Part shown: one piece after another, positions 39,860 to 53,400 of the stretch
Position numbering within the stretch: the stretch's first letter is position 1
How the letters are laid out: every line of letters begins with the position of its first letter
Source: Vicugna vicugna
Lineage: Eukaryota
Assembly (NCBI GenBank): GCA_013265495.1
Contig: MU058791.1
Location: 312,001 to 376,000, forward strand
Direction of reading: 5' to 3'
Length of the DNA stretch: 64,000 nt
The notes under the pieces: model-generated
The model's database searches: none
The model's input: only the letters and a program-made list of their open reading frames with translations
What the model was told of the DNA's origin: nothing
Translations under genes and position numbers: made by a program

Positions 39860-40375
39860 CCTCGCTTATTGCTCCCTAGTGCCTTTAGCATAAGACCTCC
39901 TCCACTGAACTTGGCAAGCAGGCCTCTCATAATAGTGCCTCATCTGCCTTCATGGACTTCTCTTCCACACCCCCATCTACCTGAGTATCCCTCCGTTCCG
40001 GCACAGTGCACCCCACCGTTCTGTGTCTTGGCACATGCCGTTCCCTCTCTCTGGCGAGCTCTTTTCCTTGTCTTTCCATGCTTGGCAAACCTGCCAACAC
40101 CCAGAGCGCATGTCAGCTCCCGGGGTGCAGCCCTGCCGAGGGCCCCAGCAGAGGAAGACGTGGGAGCAGCTGCGCTTCCATCGCCCGGGCTCTGGCTCCC
40201 TGGCAGGAGGCTGGTGGTGCCGTATCAGGATGTTTACCCTCACATCTGGCTTCCCACACTGGCCGGGGAGCCGCCTGGTTTCAGGGACTGTGTTTTATTT
40301 ATCTTTCTATCCCCACTGCTTGGCCTCAGGTCTGGCACTCATAGGTACTCCCTCTCTCGATGTTTGATGAAGTCT
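39860..40375 (+). mobile_element. L2 fragment
   Basis: TTGGCACATGCCGTTCCCTCTCTCTGG...CAGGGACTGTGTTTTATTTATCTTT...TCTGGCACTCATAGGTACTC. Confidence 0.65.
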
Positions 40376-41150
40376 ATGTCTGTGAGTTTTACACCAGCCT
40401 CCTGAAAATAATGTGCCCTGATGCTCCTCTGAGGGTTCTTGTAGGCAGTGAACTTGGAAGAGGAGCGTCGGGGACAGTTAAGAGGTAGTGCTTTCCGTCC
40501 CTTCCCCTGCTCCCCCACCCGCTTTAGTCCGCGGTGCCCCGGGGGCGTTCTTGGGCAGCGTTCATCGTGACATCTGCTGGGCTGTCTTTGTAAACCGAGC
40601 TTCTATGTGCTTATTTGCCGTCAAACCACATGAGACCTTCAGATGCTTGGTCCACCACCAGCCCCATCTCTCACCCCCACCCCTAAGAAAAAAGAGAGAG
40701 AAAAAAAAAGATGGAAGAGGAAAAACTACCAGATGGCTCATCTGACTCCTTATTGCAAGATCCTAGAACTGCCAGGCTTCATTCCCACGTTAGCATTTGC
40801 TCGCCGCAAGGCTCCTAAATCCAGCAGCGCACGTCCACACCGGGGCTTCGGCTGCCCCAGACTGGAAATCATCCTGACACAGTTAGCGGTGTGCTTTGCA
40901 AGAGGCTCCGCTTTGCACCTTCCTCCACCCAGGCCCTTTTTCTTTCTGTTCCTTTACCCCTCAAATGTTCTTGGCATCCTTTCCCTGAGATAAATCATTC
41001 TGCCAGGCTCTCTCCCCGCAGAGTGTGTGCCACGGTGCTGGCTGCCACCACCACCCCGCGCCTCTGGGGAAATGGCAGCTCCAACACAGTGCACCCAGCG
41101 CTATGTGACTTTATTCTGGGCCTAAGGAGGGGGTCCCCAAATTGTATGTA

Positions 41151-41218
41151 GGTGTGTGTACGTGCATGTGTGTGCATGTATATACATGCATATGTGTATG
41201 TGTATACGTGTGTGCATG
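41151..41218. repeat. Degenerate (TG/TA/CA)n tract
   Basis: About 65 nt of alternating purine-pyrimidine. Confidence 0.85.
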
Positions 41219-41604
41219 CTTCTCCTCATTCCCTTCCCTGTCTCAACATGTTGTAACATTGTTGGCTTCTTTCTGATTTTAACATAACTTAAAAGAAAAA
41301 ATTCTAAAGAGGCTAAAGATTCAGGAAGAAGAAGAACATTAGCATCTTAGGGAATAAGTTTCTGAGGACACATCTTCCCTTTGTATCTGAAATACATGCA
41401 TAATGCTAGTCTCCTCTAGAGTAGGGAAGAAACTTTTAAATTCACTTTTAAATTATTTATTGCACTGGTTTCCTTTTTCCTATATTTTATTTCTTTTCCT
41501 TTTTTTAGTAGCAGAACCCTTTTAAAAATAAATTCTTATACATATAAAGCCCCTGTACACAAACAGATAAGAAATGTAGTATTTTATCAGTGTAAATGTA
41601 TAGG

Positions 41605-41606
<2 letters not shown>

Positions 41607-41638
<32 letters not shown>

Positions 41639-41716
41639 GTACAGTCAGTTACAGTGTGTCGATCTCTGGTGTGCAGCACAATGTCCCAGTCATGCATATA
41701 CATAATATATATTCCT
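41607..41716 (-). mobile_element. Short L1 3' end whose tail has become (TGAT)n
   Basis: (TGAT)7 followed by GAAGTACAGTCAGTTACAGTGTGTC...; TAGGTT on both sides. Confidence 0.65.
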
Positions 41717-44019
41717 TTAGGTTCAATTTTATAACTTTATTTATTACAAGTGCTGTCAAGGGGAGCACAAGTGAACATGTTGGCAGTTTGCCCTGTGTTC
41801 ACATGTGGTATCTGTTAGAGGTGGGTCTAACAGATAGACGTTGTGTTTCATGATGGTTTCTAAAATATTTATTGAGAACCAGGAGGATTTCGGGGAAACC
41901 AGATTGGAAAGCATGAGTCCATAGTGACCTCAGTGAAGTCCGGCCATTGGACTAACGTGCTTTGATATTTGGAGGAAAAAATCTCCTTGCCTTTGCCGAG
42001 AAACACAGTCACCCAAACGGCACCGCGTGAGCTGTCTGTGCTCTCAGCCTGGCCTGCCTCCTCCACCTTTGGCTTCAGACTGTGGCCACCGCCAGGGCAC
42101 ATCAGTGTCTCCACCTGAGCGCGGGAGCATAGGGGTTACCACTGTCCCCTCCCCAGCTACCCTCGTGTCATCATCAGGGACAGTCTGTGTGGCTGGACTG
42201 CTCCCATCCCCTTATCCCTCTCAGCACAGTTGCTCTTCTGATTCCCTTCTAAACTCTGAATAGGCAATTGGGCGAATAGCACGCATTTCTGAGCTACCAG
42301 CTGTGGGCAGTAGCCTTCCTGAGAGTGTGCTCACAGCCCTGGCGCTCAGCCCCCTTGGGTTATCATCCTCTTTTACTAGCAGGACATCGTAAAACTGTGA
42401 ACTCAGAAGTGCCTCAGCATTTCACACCCATCGGCCATAAAACTGTGGTTTGGAGGGGTGATGCACATAAACACGTCCTCCTGAAAAAAATTACCGACAA
42501 AGCAAAACATGCTGTTGTTTCTAATCATGAATCTAATCTCAGATTTGAAGAAACTCGCTCTTGGTTTCTCAAGAAAGAATACAGAGTTGCCCTTATTGCA
42601 CCCTCAAAGAGATTATCTCTGTGTTTTTTTCAGTTACATATACAATATATGTAAAGAACACTACTGAACACAGACACCCTTATGAGTCCCCACCATGTAA
42701 GTGCTTGAACACTGTTTTCTTCTGTTGAATGCATTTGATTTTCTGAAGCCTGTGACTGACCCCAGCGGGCTGTGTCACGGTGTCAGTTACTGATGCAAAA
42801 AAGCAAAGGAACGCTCAGTTCGGTGCCACTACCTCCAAACATGGGCATGTTCCTCCAACAGCGGGGAACATTTTACAGTGCAAGTTCCACCCTCCTAAGT
42901 CGGAAATGGAGCTGGCGGGAGACAGTTGTCCGAAGCAGACTTCTCTTCATCTCTGTTTTCCCTTCTTACTCTTTTTCATCTTTTAAAAAATAATAATAAT
43001 TTGCCTCTCACTTTGCCAAGAAATGGCCTAATATTCCAGCAGATTTAGTGAGCTGCCCCAGGCCGTGCTCACCTGGGCCCGATCCTTTGTTGTCTAGAGG
43101 AAGCGCAGGCAGCTGCCCTGCACCTTCCCAGGGTCTCTGGGTCAGTGTGAGGGCTGGGTCGGTGCCAGGGCCATGCTGCTGAGCCATTCTGGGCACCTCC
43201 CGGCTTGGCAGAGCCCTGCATTCATGTTGTGAAATACAGGACCTCACTGTGGGTATCGGCACAGGAAAAGCACAGGGCTTTTGTGGTAGGAAAGGAAAAG
43301 GAAATGATGCTTTTCCCCAGAATTCCAGTGCATTATTTTGGTCCCCTTTGCCTTATACTCACGTGAGTGCACGTGTTCAGAGCTGGAAGCCTCTAGGATG
43401 CATTTTGAAGTCAAGCCCAGCATCTTCAGTCGGGGGCACAGGGCGTGTGTGTGTGATGAACCAGGCCGTTGGCACCTAGTTGTCTGTCGTCAGCAGTGTT
43501 CTGCGTAGGCATGGCTGCTAAATCTGCCTTGTGATGACCTGCCGTGAACCTGGAACAAGCTCTCTGAGATTCCCCTTCTAAAGGTGCCTTTGGAGGCTGG
43601 ATTTGCACATCAGTGGAACTAGTCAATAAAAGTCACCAGACTTCATCTCTGTTCCCAGACAGGTGAGTGCCTTGTTTCCTCCAAGACTCCAAGGCACCTA
43701 TTCTCATGTTAAAACATCCAGAGAAGTGTGTATTACCCTTCCACGGCAAGTTACCAAAAGCCCCAGAGAAGGAAATCACAACACTCTCTTAAATGTGTTA
43801 GTGTTTCATAGCTTTGCTAAGAAATACTAGAAACATCGCAGGTAACCAGTTGAAATTTGTTAATTTTTCACATTCTTTTTCTGAGAGGATTATTATGTTG
43901 GCCAAGTAGTCTTGAACGTTTATCTTCAGGACAACCTGCATCTTACCTTTAAATCAGATCGACTGTGAAGGAAATGTGCTCGGCCAGGTATTTAAAGGTG
44001 AATCCTTTTTTGCCACCTA

Positions 44020-44219
44020 AGGCTGTCACTAACTCAGTAACTTACCGGTGCATATCAGACTTTGCATTCGAATCACTTGGATGTTTTTTTAAAAAAATTC
44101 TGATGCCTCAGCCACATCTCAGGCTAATTAAATCGTTATCTCCAGGGATGGACCAGATATCAGTCTATGTGAAAACTCCGCAGGTAATTCTAATGTGCAG
44201 CCAGTTTTGAGACCCACTG
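44020..44219. mobile_element. MER5-like hAT-Charlie element
   Basis: GCATTCGAATCACTTGG...AGGTAATTCTAATGTGCAGCCAGTTTTGAGACCCACTG. Confidence 0.7.
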
Positions 44220-45225
44220 GTAATTTATCACGAGTGGTCATAGGAGGAGGAAAGAAATAAAGTCAAATCTTCTAGTCTTTTTTGATTCAGGTGTCCAGCT
44301 TTTGAGTGTCTTTGGTCCGTAAGACTTTAGGAAGGCCTGAGTTAATTGTTCATTCATTGATTCATTCTTCCACAGCATCCACTGAGGTTGGTCTGTGTTA
44401 AGCACTGGGTTTTTCACACTGATTTGGACCTAACCTACTTCTCTTTTGGGCTGAAGACAACCAGGCCTTGGTTGGAACTTCTGGAACAGACATGGAACAA
44501 ATCGCCTGATTGTTCTTCTGTCTGCTCAGGGCATTGTAAAGGCTGACTATGAGACAGGGAAAAGGTCTTTTCCATGAAAATGGATTCTTATCTCAAGAAA
44601 TTCTATTTCATGCCTAACTGACAGACTTACCCACGCAGAAGAGCCTGTTGAAGCATGAGTTGTAATCCAGGTTTCTGTGTAGCAGGCAGCATCCTGGAGA
44701 AGACTAAATGTTGGCTAAGAATCAAGCGCGGTGGGATCATATACACCTCAGGATACTTGCCTCATTATAATTTTAGGTTCATTGATTGCTCGAGTTGGAA
44801 AGGACCTGAGGGAGTATCCTGTTTGGGTAATTTCTCGATGAGGGAACTTAAGACTCTGGAAAGTGATGTGACCAATATACGGTCCCTTAGAGATGACGCC
44901 AGCCTTGTTCGTGCCCCTCCCATGGTACCATCCCAGGCTCCAGCCCTGCCTCCTTACGTACAAATGCTGGCCAGGCCTCCACCCCGTGCACCCTGTGTTG
45001 CACTAAGGATGCCTGGGATGCTTTTTTGAAACTATCATCAGCTGTGCCCAGGGTTTTAATTTTGTTGTTTGTTTGTTTGTTTTTAAGGATTCAACGCAAA
45101 ACTCATTTCACAATGAGAGAATATGACATGTGGTGCTTAAGCCTTAAGCAACAAAACTGGCTTGCATGCTTAAGATGTAGCTGATTTAGGTACCTGCCTT
45201 TTGCTCCTTAGTTTCCTATTGATTA

Positions 45226-45245
45226 CAGCTCCATCTGCTGGCAGC
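45226..45245 (-). promoter_or_regulatory. Candidate CTCF motif
   Basis: Minus strand GCTGCCAGCAGATGGAGCTG resembles the CCASYAGRKGGCRS core; motif match only. Confidence 0.35.
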
Positions 45246-47077
45246 AGAGAAAAATTGTCTGACACTTTGGATTTTGAATTCTGGTCTTCCCTGGAGTAGC
45301 CTATATTCTAAACAGACAAGATCTCTCTCTATATGTGATGTGATACATATATGTGTATATGTATAACATTTTTACCTCTACACATGGATATATGTGTCTC
45401 TATATAGATAATGAGTCCTCGTAATTTAATGTTCATTTAACAAATGAGGAAATCAAGTCAAAGTAGTTAATGACTTGTCCAAAATCTTGCATTTAGATTC
45501 ATCACAGCTGAGACCCAGCTTGTCCATCTCTTGATTGCTTGAGCAGTTAAACTAATCAGTTTATGTCTCTTGTGTCCAGCATTATGGATACATTTTGCTG
45601 AACCAGGTGTTGGTTATTTTGGTCAAGAATCTTTTAAAAAGTACCTCTTTGTAAAAGTCTGGCATCACAACAGTCCATCAGCCTTTCTGTACTTGGGTTC
45701 AGTGAGAGAATCAGGCTCTAATGCCCTAAGGCATTCATTGTATATACTGAATTAACTTTCTCTCCCAGGCAATCAGTATGGTGCTGTCCTTGAGAGAATT
45801 GAGAAAATAGTCACTCGAATCATTTTTCTCTGTTCTATGGTTCACATGAAGAAACTCTGTTAAAAAAAATAGAAGGTAAAAACGTTCCTCCCATCCTAAC
45901 ACCCGTTTTGAGGTACTAGTTACCAGTTTGACATGTATCCTTCTAGACTTTTATTCTCTGCATCTAAAACCATTTGCATATGTACACACATATGCATACA
46001 AACAGATGGATGCAATGCAGTGTGTACAACAAGGTGATAAAAGGAGTGGGGTGGCCCAGAGGAGAGGGGATCAGTCCTGCAAGAGGTAAGGAATAGAAAG
46101 GGGATCTCAGTGGAGGTGATGGAGAATGGGTCTCAGAGGATGAGTGGGTGAGTGAGAAGACAGGAGAGGGATAAGTACACCTATACGGTCAGGGAAGGTG
46201 GGCACAGGTGTGCGAGAGCTGCCCGGGTCCAGTAAAGGTTTGGTGTGAAGTGGCAGCGGAAGATAGGATGGAACGGGCAAGTGAGGACCAAGCAACGTGG
46301 GACGTCGTAGGTCATGTCAAGTCATTTGACCTTTATTCCGGGCTACGGGGAGCCAGCAAAGGATTTCAAGATAAGACGTTTGATCGAGTCTATATTGTTG
46401 AATGATGGCTCAGGAAACAGCATGGAGCATGACTAGAAACAGCAAGACCAGAGGGAGGAAGGGAGGACAATTAAGTAATTATAAACTAGGAGCGATCGTC
46501 TATAAAATAGGAATGATAATGCCTGCTTTGCAGAGTGGTTGTGGGACTGAAATGCGGTAACATCTGTGAACGCGCCTGTTAAGTTATAAAAAGGAAAGGT
46601 ATTATTATTTTAAACACCATCTGGCAAATATTTCAGCTCTATCACTTTCCCTTGTGACTGACAATATCCTGATTTTCTCGGCATGCTTTCCTGTACTGCT
46701 TATACTGGGAGGGAAAAAAATCTGACCCAAGAAAGGAGGAAATGATTTTGTTTATTTCAGAAAAAGAAAACATAGCCTTTACTTAGACAAGCAAGAGTGT
46801 TTGCCAAGACATCAGAATATTCTTCAAATATTTCTGAGGCCACTTGTCATGCCAGAGACCCACAGTGTCTTTTTTTGTGTGAATGAAGTTTCAAGTTTCT
46901 GGGCTGTTTTGAAAAAAATAGTGGTAGGTGGTGAAAGATCTAGTCCTTTATGGTCTTTGCTTCAGAGGGACTGTGTTTCCCCGAGAGAGAACTTTTCCAG
47001 ACTGGATGGTTAACCCGCAAGTGCTTGGCAGGGGCAGACAGGAGGCTGGTCACAGCTCATTGACATAAGTTCCGCCT

Positions 47078-47124
47078 TGCGCCCCTGCACCCCTGCCCCC
47101 CTGCACCCCTGCGCCCCTGCGCCG
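47078..47124. repeat. Short GC-rich tandem repeat, 8-bp unit GC(A/G/C)CCCCT
   Basis: GCGCCCCT GCACCCCT GCCCCCCT GCACCCCT GCGCCCCT GCGCC. Confidence 0.85.
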
Positions 47125-48849
47125 AGGTCCGTTCCTCCACCATCTTTGTTCTGTCTTCGCTGCTAATCACCTTGTCTCCTGTCTGCCGCTTCTAATTATA
47201 CTTCTGTCCATCTCTTACCCTCCTGGGGCCTCTTAACTTGAGCAGGAGGCAACCTTTGCCAATGAGCACACAAAGGAAAAGTGTTTTCTTGCCTTTTCCT
47301 TCTGATAATTCTCCTGATGCTTATAAATGCTGCCATGGCTTCTTCCCCACTCCAGATCAGTTAACCGTGATAGGGTGAAAAAAAGCAAAATATGTTGGAC
47401 TTTCTCTTCCCTTTTGTGTTTTTCTAATTTTCTTTGTTTTACACGGAGTTCAAATTTGTGGCTCCTTAAACTGTGGAGAATTAAAGCGGAAGGGGAAACG
47501 ACACCACTGTTGTTTCAGAGAAGTGTGTGTGTTCAGTAGAACACCTGTCCTTTGGATCCTGATGTCCCTCCAGCTCGGGGGCTTTGGAATGGGGCCTGCC
47601 TGTGCATTTGGCACGGTTTTTCGCATGAATTAACTTTAAAACGTTTTCCTGGCTCGTTCTGGGGTTTTCTTGCGTGGCTGTCAGTTACCATGCAGGCAGA
47701 AGTCTGCATCAGTGCCCACATGCTGTTTTCCCATTCAGCTTTTCTCTCCCTCTCTCTGCCTGGGCCCACCTCTTCTGTCCACTGTTGGAGATTATGGAGA
47801 TTTTAGTGTGGATTACCACCTTAACCATTTATCCTCTGTACAGAGATGTGCCAGCCAGTGTTCTTTGGACCTGGTAGATAAGTGATCAAAATTAAGGGAG
47901 GTTCTTTTCATCGCCAGGTTGCTTTTAGTGACAGTATTCCTTTGAATTATGCACATTTTAGAAAGGTTTGCTATTTGGGCATGAGTATTCCGTATGTATG
48001 AAGATCCCCTTGGCTGTGTTTTGGAAAGACCTACTGGGATTTAGCTATGCAAGGTCGGCAGAACCTTGGTTGTCCATTTGCTTGTAGCTAAGATTCCCCA
48101 CCTCTTTTCTGTCCACTTTATTCCCCCTTCGGATGACACCAGCAGGTGTGAGCTGGTGAAAGGCTCTTCCCAGGTATAGTTTCTGGACTCCTAACTGTTC
48201 CCCCTGCTTCTGAGTACCTCTGCCTCTGGTTCGCTTTGACCTGGGGGATTTCATCCTTCAGGATATTTACAGCCACATGCCCTGAGCGCTTCCAGTACAT
48301 TGCAGGGTAGGCCAACGAATCTCTACCCACCCTCCAAAAGTGGATATTCTATTGTTAGTTATGAAATTTAATACTTTGACTTTCAGTGTTATAGTTTTAT
48401 ACAAATAACTCTGAACTCCTACGAGTTCTTTAATATTCTCATTATAACAGCTAATAATGGAGTTATACCATGATTGCTTGAACGTGCACTTGAGAGAATC
48501 TTAGCAATTTCAGTTATCCGTTGTATGACCTTGGAACACTTACTTAGCCTCTTGGGATCTTGGTTTTTGTCTTTTAAAAATGGGTAGAACAATAGCCACT
48601 TTGTAGAGTTGCTGTATTAAATGAAATTCTTAAAAATACTTAGTATGGTCTTGACACACAGTTAACACCCAATAAATGGTATATATAAAACAGCTATGTA
48701 AGTGGGGCCTGAAGAAAGTTACAAAATTAGTTCACTCGATTTAGATGTGTTACATGCCAACAGACCAAGGAAACTGCACTTATCGCAAAAGGGTCACAGT
48801 TGAAATGTTTGAGAAAACAGTATAAGAGATGTTGGTAAATTTTCCAAAC

Positions 48850-50050
48850 ACAAAAAAGGTAGAATATGAGATGTGTAGATAGGAAAGTTTGACTCCAGTG
48901 CCCAGCAAAGTTCTGGAATGATTTTAAGAAGATGGCTTATAATTATTTAGTAAAGACTGTAGTGGTTGCTAGGAGTCCCCATGGGTTTACTAAGAACAGA
49001 TCTTCCCAAACATCCCATTTCCCTTGCAGATAGTATTATGTGGTGTGCAAAACTGAAGAATGTCATTGCAGCAAAGAATCACATTGTCTGCTTATGTTTA
49101 GTATGCACCATGGGCTAGACTATAGTTCTGCTGGGTTTGCAACTCAACAGCCATTGAAGTCAGCTGATTAGTGTCTTGGTTTGCTTGATGGGATTCTCTG
49201 GTGGAGTACCATGGAGCTCTGGCGGATAACTTTCCCACTTAAGACTCGAACTAGGAATTTGGATGGAAACGTATGGGATGGATGTGTACCAACAAAATAT
49301 GCAGATGGCCCAAATTTGAGAGGAGCAGTAAATAAAATAGATGGGAGAATCAAACTTCAGAATATTTCTGATCATCTGAAGCATTGCATGGAACCCAAGA
49401 AGACTGAATTTTATGAAGCTAAGGTGAAGACATGAAACTCAAGCCAGAGTAAGTCTTGTCCGGTAGAAGTTCAGGTAAAAATGATCTGATTATTTAATGG
49501 ACCCTGAACTTTGTCTTCTTCCACTCATCCATCCACTCATTCTTTCAGGAAATATGCAGTGAAAGTTCTACCTGCTGTGCACTTTTCTTAGCACTGAGGA
49601 GACAGCAGTGAACCAAATAGTCAAAACCCGCTACCTCCATGGAGCTTATATTCTCTATATGCCAACGGTTGTGCACCTGCCTAAAACAATGAACCTATTG
49701 TTAGACTTCATTTGCAAAAGTATAGTATTCAGCTCATGATGGTTAATAGCTCTACTCTGTTTTTAGTACCCTGTTCTTGGTTCTGTATTTTATGTTGGGA
49801 TCATTACTTTCAGTTCAGAGTCCTGTAGTCTGAACAAACAAGAGTGACAGCGGCATGATGAGCGGACCATAAACCATGCTGGGGAGATAAGAAGAGTAAG
49901 TTAAGTAGGGAGATTATATCCCTTGAATAGTTGCAGGATATGTGAGAACAGGGTGTAAGCTGGTTCTGTGTGGCTCCCGGGAGTCGATACTAATTATAAC
50001 GAGGCTAATTTCTGACAAATATAAGAAGGACCACCTGTGAAGTGTCATTG
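48850..50050 (+). mobile_element. L3/CR1 LINE relic, interrupted by an L2 fragment at about 49520-49655
   Basis: CTAGGAGTCCCCATGGGTTTACTAAGAACAG and GCAGATGGCCCAAATTTGAGAGGAGCAG resemble CR1 RT motifs. Confidence 0.6.
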
Positions 50051-50979
50051 CTGCAGCCGATGCCCACCGTGTCACCTCCATGAGGGCCGAGATGTGGCTC
50101 TTGATATTCCTGGTACTGGGCCTGGGACATGGTGGGCTCCTGGAGATGTGTGGCTGGATAGTCACCCGGCATTTTGTGAAGATAACCTAGATCACTAAAG
50201 TAGTATTACCATTTGAAGTTCAGTTTTTGTAGATGTTAAGGAATCTGAGGGTGGAATGCAGTCCCTGAGAAGGGTGGCGGGAGGCCAGAGTGTTTTATTC
50301 CATCGCATTCTGACGCCTACGTGTTAATTACACCGCTTTCCGTAAGAGACATTTAAGAGGCCATTTTAGGATTTCTTTGAAATTTCTGATGTGCTTATTC
50401 ACACATTACCCAATCAGCTCAGCCTCCATCATTTTTTGAGGCCTTCTCCATAATTCTGAACCATATGGGCCTGGCTTTCTCTGAATTTAACAGCATTTTT
50501 GCAGAGGATGGCATTTCATTCTTCCCTAATTGTTTCATGAGTCTCTCCATCAAGGTGATAAGAGTTTTGAGGGCCAAACCTTATTTTCTATTTTCCTTGT
50601 GTTCTCCCAGACACAGAGCAGAAGAAAGTCAGGAAATGGCAATTGTTTGCTCGATTGATTCATCAGCTAAGAGGGACAGTCAGTAGCAATATCATTTCAA
50701 CCACTGTGAGAACTCTTGGCAGGTTAAATAGACTTTAATTTCTCCATCTCCTGCATCCAAAGAAGGGATTTCTAGTCTTAATTTATTAGTCTCCTGCTTT
50801 GGCTGGCAAGTGCTTTGTGCGTAGTTGATTCTTTGTATATAGCTGAATCACTTCCAGGGCTCAGACTGTCTTCTTGGCTAAACCTCTGAGGGGAGCTGGG
50901 GCTGCAGGTACAAACCCCTGAGCCCAGTTCGGAGGCTCGCTGTAATTCGTGTACCCAGAGTGGCCACATCTAGCTCCCA

Positions 50980-51105
50980 GGTACGTTTGCATTTCAGATA
51001 AACAACGATGCGCTATTTGGGACGTACTTATATTTTAAAAGTATTCACTGTTTATCTAGAATTGAATGGAACTGGGTGCCCTGCATTTTATTTGGTAATG
51101 CTGCA
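50980..51105. mobile_element. MER53-like palindromic MITE
   Basis: TTTGCATTTCAGATAAACAACGA...GGGACGTACTTATA...TGTTTATCT...AACTGGGTGCCCTGCATTTTAT. Confidence 0.7.
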
Positions 51106-52039
51106 CATAAACCCCATTCCTTTCATGTTCCCATAGCTCTAAGCTCTGAATTAACTTCCAAATTAACTCCACTGAAAGAAAATATTTGTGCCTAGGTGAC
51201 TGATTCCAGTGACATTTTTTAATTTGAATAAAGGGGAAACTCCATGTGCTATATACTGGTTTTGGTCATATTCTTTCAGGGGTGTCCGATAGTGATAATT
51301 CCATAAATCTCTAAGATCTCGGCAGTCCCCAGTTAGCCTCTCATGGTTTCCTTGGTGGCATAGTCTATTTGGTTCATATGATATGTTGCTAATATTATCT
51401 TGCTCAGGGGCCGCAGAAACCACTGGTAACGAATAAATAATTAGGTTCTCGGCACTGGAATCTGGTGAAAGGTGAATTTGGTATAATCTGTCTTCTCATT
51501 TGCTGCAAATAACTGCATTGACTGCTAAGAGCTGAGGCAATCAAAGCAATGCGTCGCCTCTCTTAGTTAATGAGTTTTGTTTTCTTCTTTCATCTGCTCG
51601 AAGGGAAGATAATATTTGTTCCACCTTAGAAACTTCCTTTGAGGGGAAGACATCTCACACTTAGGAAAATCACATCTGTTTTCCTGAACTAAACAATGAT
51701 TCTTGCTGTGTGGTAGCAACAACGTTTAAATATCATGTATTCATTCAGCAAACATGTATCAAGCAGCTCTATGCTAGGAAACAATGGGAGTAACATGGTG
51801 TCCCTGCTTTCAAGGGTTCATGGGAATCTGCACATTAAATGCTTGCTTTTAAATGGCACAGCAGTCATTTCAGAGAAAAAGCTTGTGGTAAGAGCTAATT
51901 AGCTCATACAGTAATGAAATGATTCTTCTCTCAAATGCTTTAAAGGAACACCAAGCTTTACATTCTGAGCAGAAGCTATTCCTAATTGGTAGTTCAAGGG
52001 GATAGAATTAGACCATTTCCTTCTCCTTCTGTTCTGTTC

Positions 52040-52404
52040 TTAGGTCTCTGCTGCTCAGAATGTGGTCTGCAACCAGCAGCACCGGCAACTCCTGGGGTCT
52101 TTTTAGAAATGCAGGCTCCCAGGCCCTGCCCTGGACTCAATGAATCAAAATGTGCAGTGGGACCAGAACCCCAGGTGGTCCATGTGCTCACGGAGGTTTG
52201 AGAAGCACTGGTTTAATACAGAATTTCTCCAGCTTCACTTTGTGCAGACTGATCATCTGAGGAGCATGTTAAAAGAGTCCTGGCTCCAGCCCCAGGGATC
52301 CTGAGTCTGTATGACGGGGCGCAGCCTGAGAACGTGCATTTCTAACAATCTCCCAGAAGATGTTGGTGCTGCCTGTTTGGGAGCCGCTCTTGGGGTAGCA
52401 CCAG
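52040..52404. mobile_element. Two adjacent MER5A/B-like elements
   Basis: TTAGAAATGCAG...GTTTGAGAAGCACTG, then CCTGAGAACGTGCATTTCTAACAA...CCCAG. Confidence 0.7.
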
Positions 52405-52888
52405 TCTAGTTCACTCGGGGTACCGAACTGCCCTTTGTTGCTGGTGGTGATGACTGCCCAGTGAGGAGGTCAGTCTGGTTTTCCGTCGCTTACACTGGGG
52501 TCATGAACATGACAATGAGACTCTTCCCTGGAACATCCAGGCTGTTATGGGGATAGGTTTACAAACAATGGCCTGTTAGGCCATTGTGAGAGGACCGAAG
52601 AGGGAGCAGTTAAATTCTCCTCGGGGGCTCAGCCATCTGAGCTGGGCCGTGCAAGATAACGGGGATTTGGCCCATTCCTCCGTGAATAAATGCAAGGAGG
52701 CTGTGATGCGCGTGAAGCAGTGACAGCGCATCCAGTAGTGCTACGTTGTCGGATACAGAGCCTCTGGAATGGAGAGGAACAGAGAGCAGGAGAGATGGGT
52801 CTGGGGGGAAGTTTGGGGACCAGATTGAGAGGAGTCTTACTTACATTAAGGAGTTTAGATTCTGTCTCAGAACTTTTTGCAGTAATGA

Positions 52889-53035
<147 letters not shown>

Positions 53036-53084
53036 TAAGTACCTTGTTTAATTGATGAGTGCAGACCGGGGGTTGCAAACTCAA

Positions 53085-53400
53085 ATACCTAAAGGGCCAG
53101 CTGGTGAAAGACACTAAGGGAGTGGGCCGGCTAAGACCACAGGGAGTGGTCAGCACTGTGAGTCACCGGGGAGAACCCGTCCGTCTAAACGCAGCGGGTC
53201 GAACACTTGATCTTGCCTGCAGCTGCTGGACCAGACTGAAAATCTCGAGTCCTCACAATGGAATCCGATGCTATTACTGCAGGGTTAATGTATTTATAGG
53301 ATGTCTCTTTAGCTTATTATTGTGCAAGGTCCAAATGTTTCTTCCTGAAAACACTTCAGTGGGCCCACTTGTGAAGTACATTCTGCTCTTGTCTCCAGGA
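53085..53400. mobile_element. MER102-like hAT-Charlie relic just downstream of the exon
   Basis: Starts CCGGGGGTTGCAAACTCAAATACCTAAAGGGCCAG. Confidence 0.45.

Noticed and set aside
39869..40405. 178-aa ORF
   Set aside because: Non-ATG start, lies within an L2 relic, no domain similarity recognised.
40470..40900. Second CpG island or alternative first exon
   Set aside because: Only scattered CpGs, and no convincing ORF-plus-donor arrangement.
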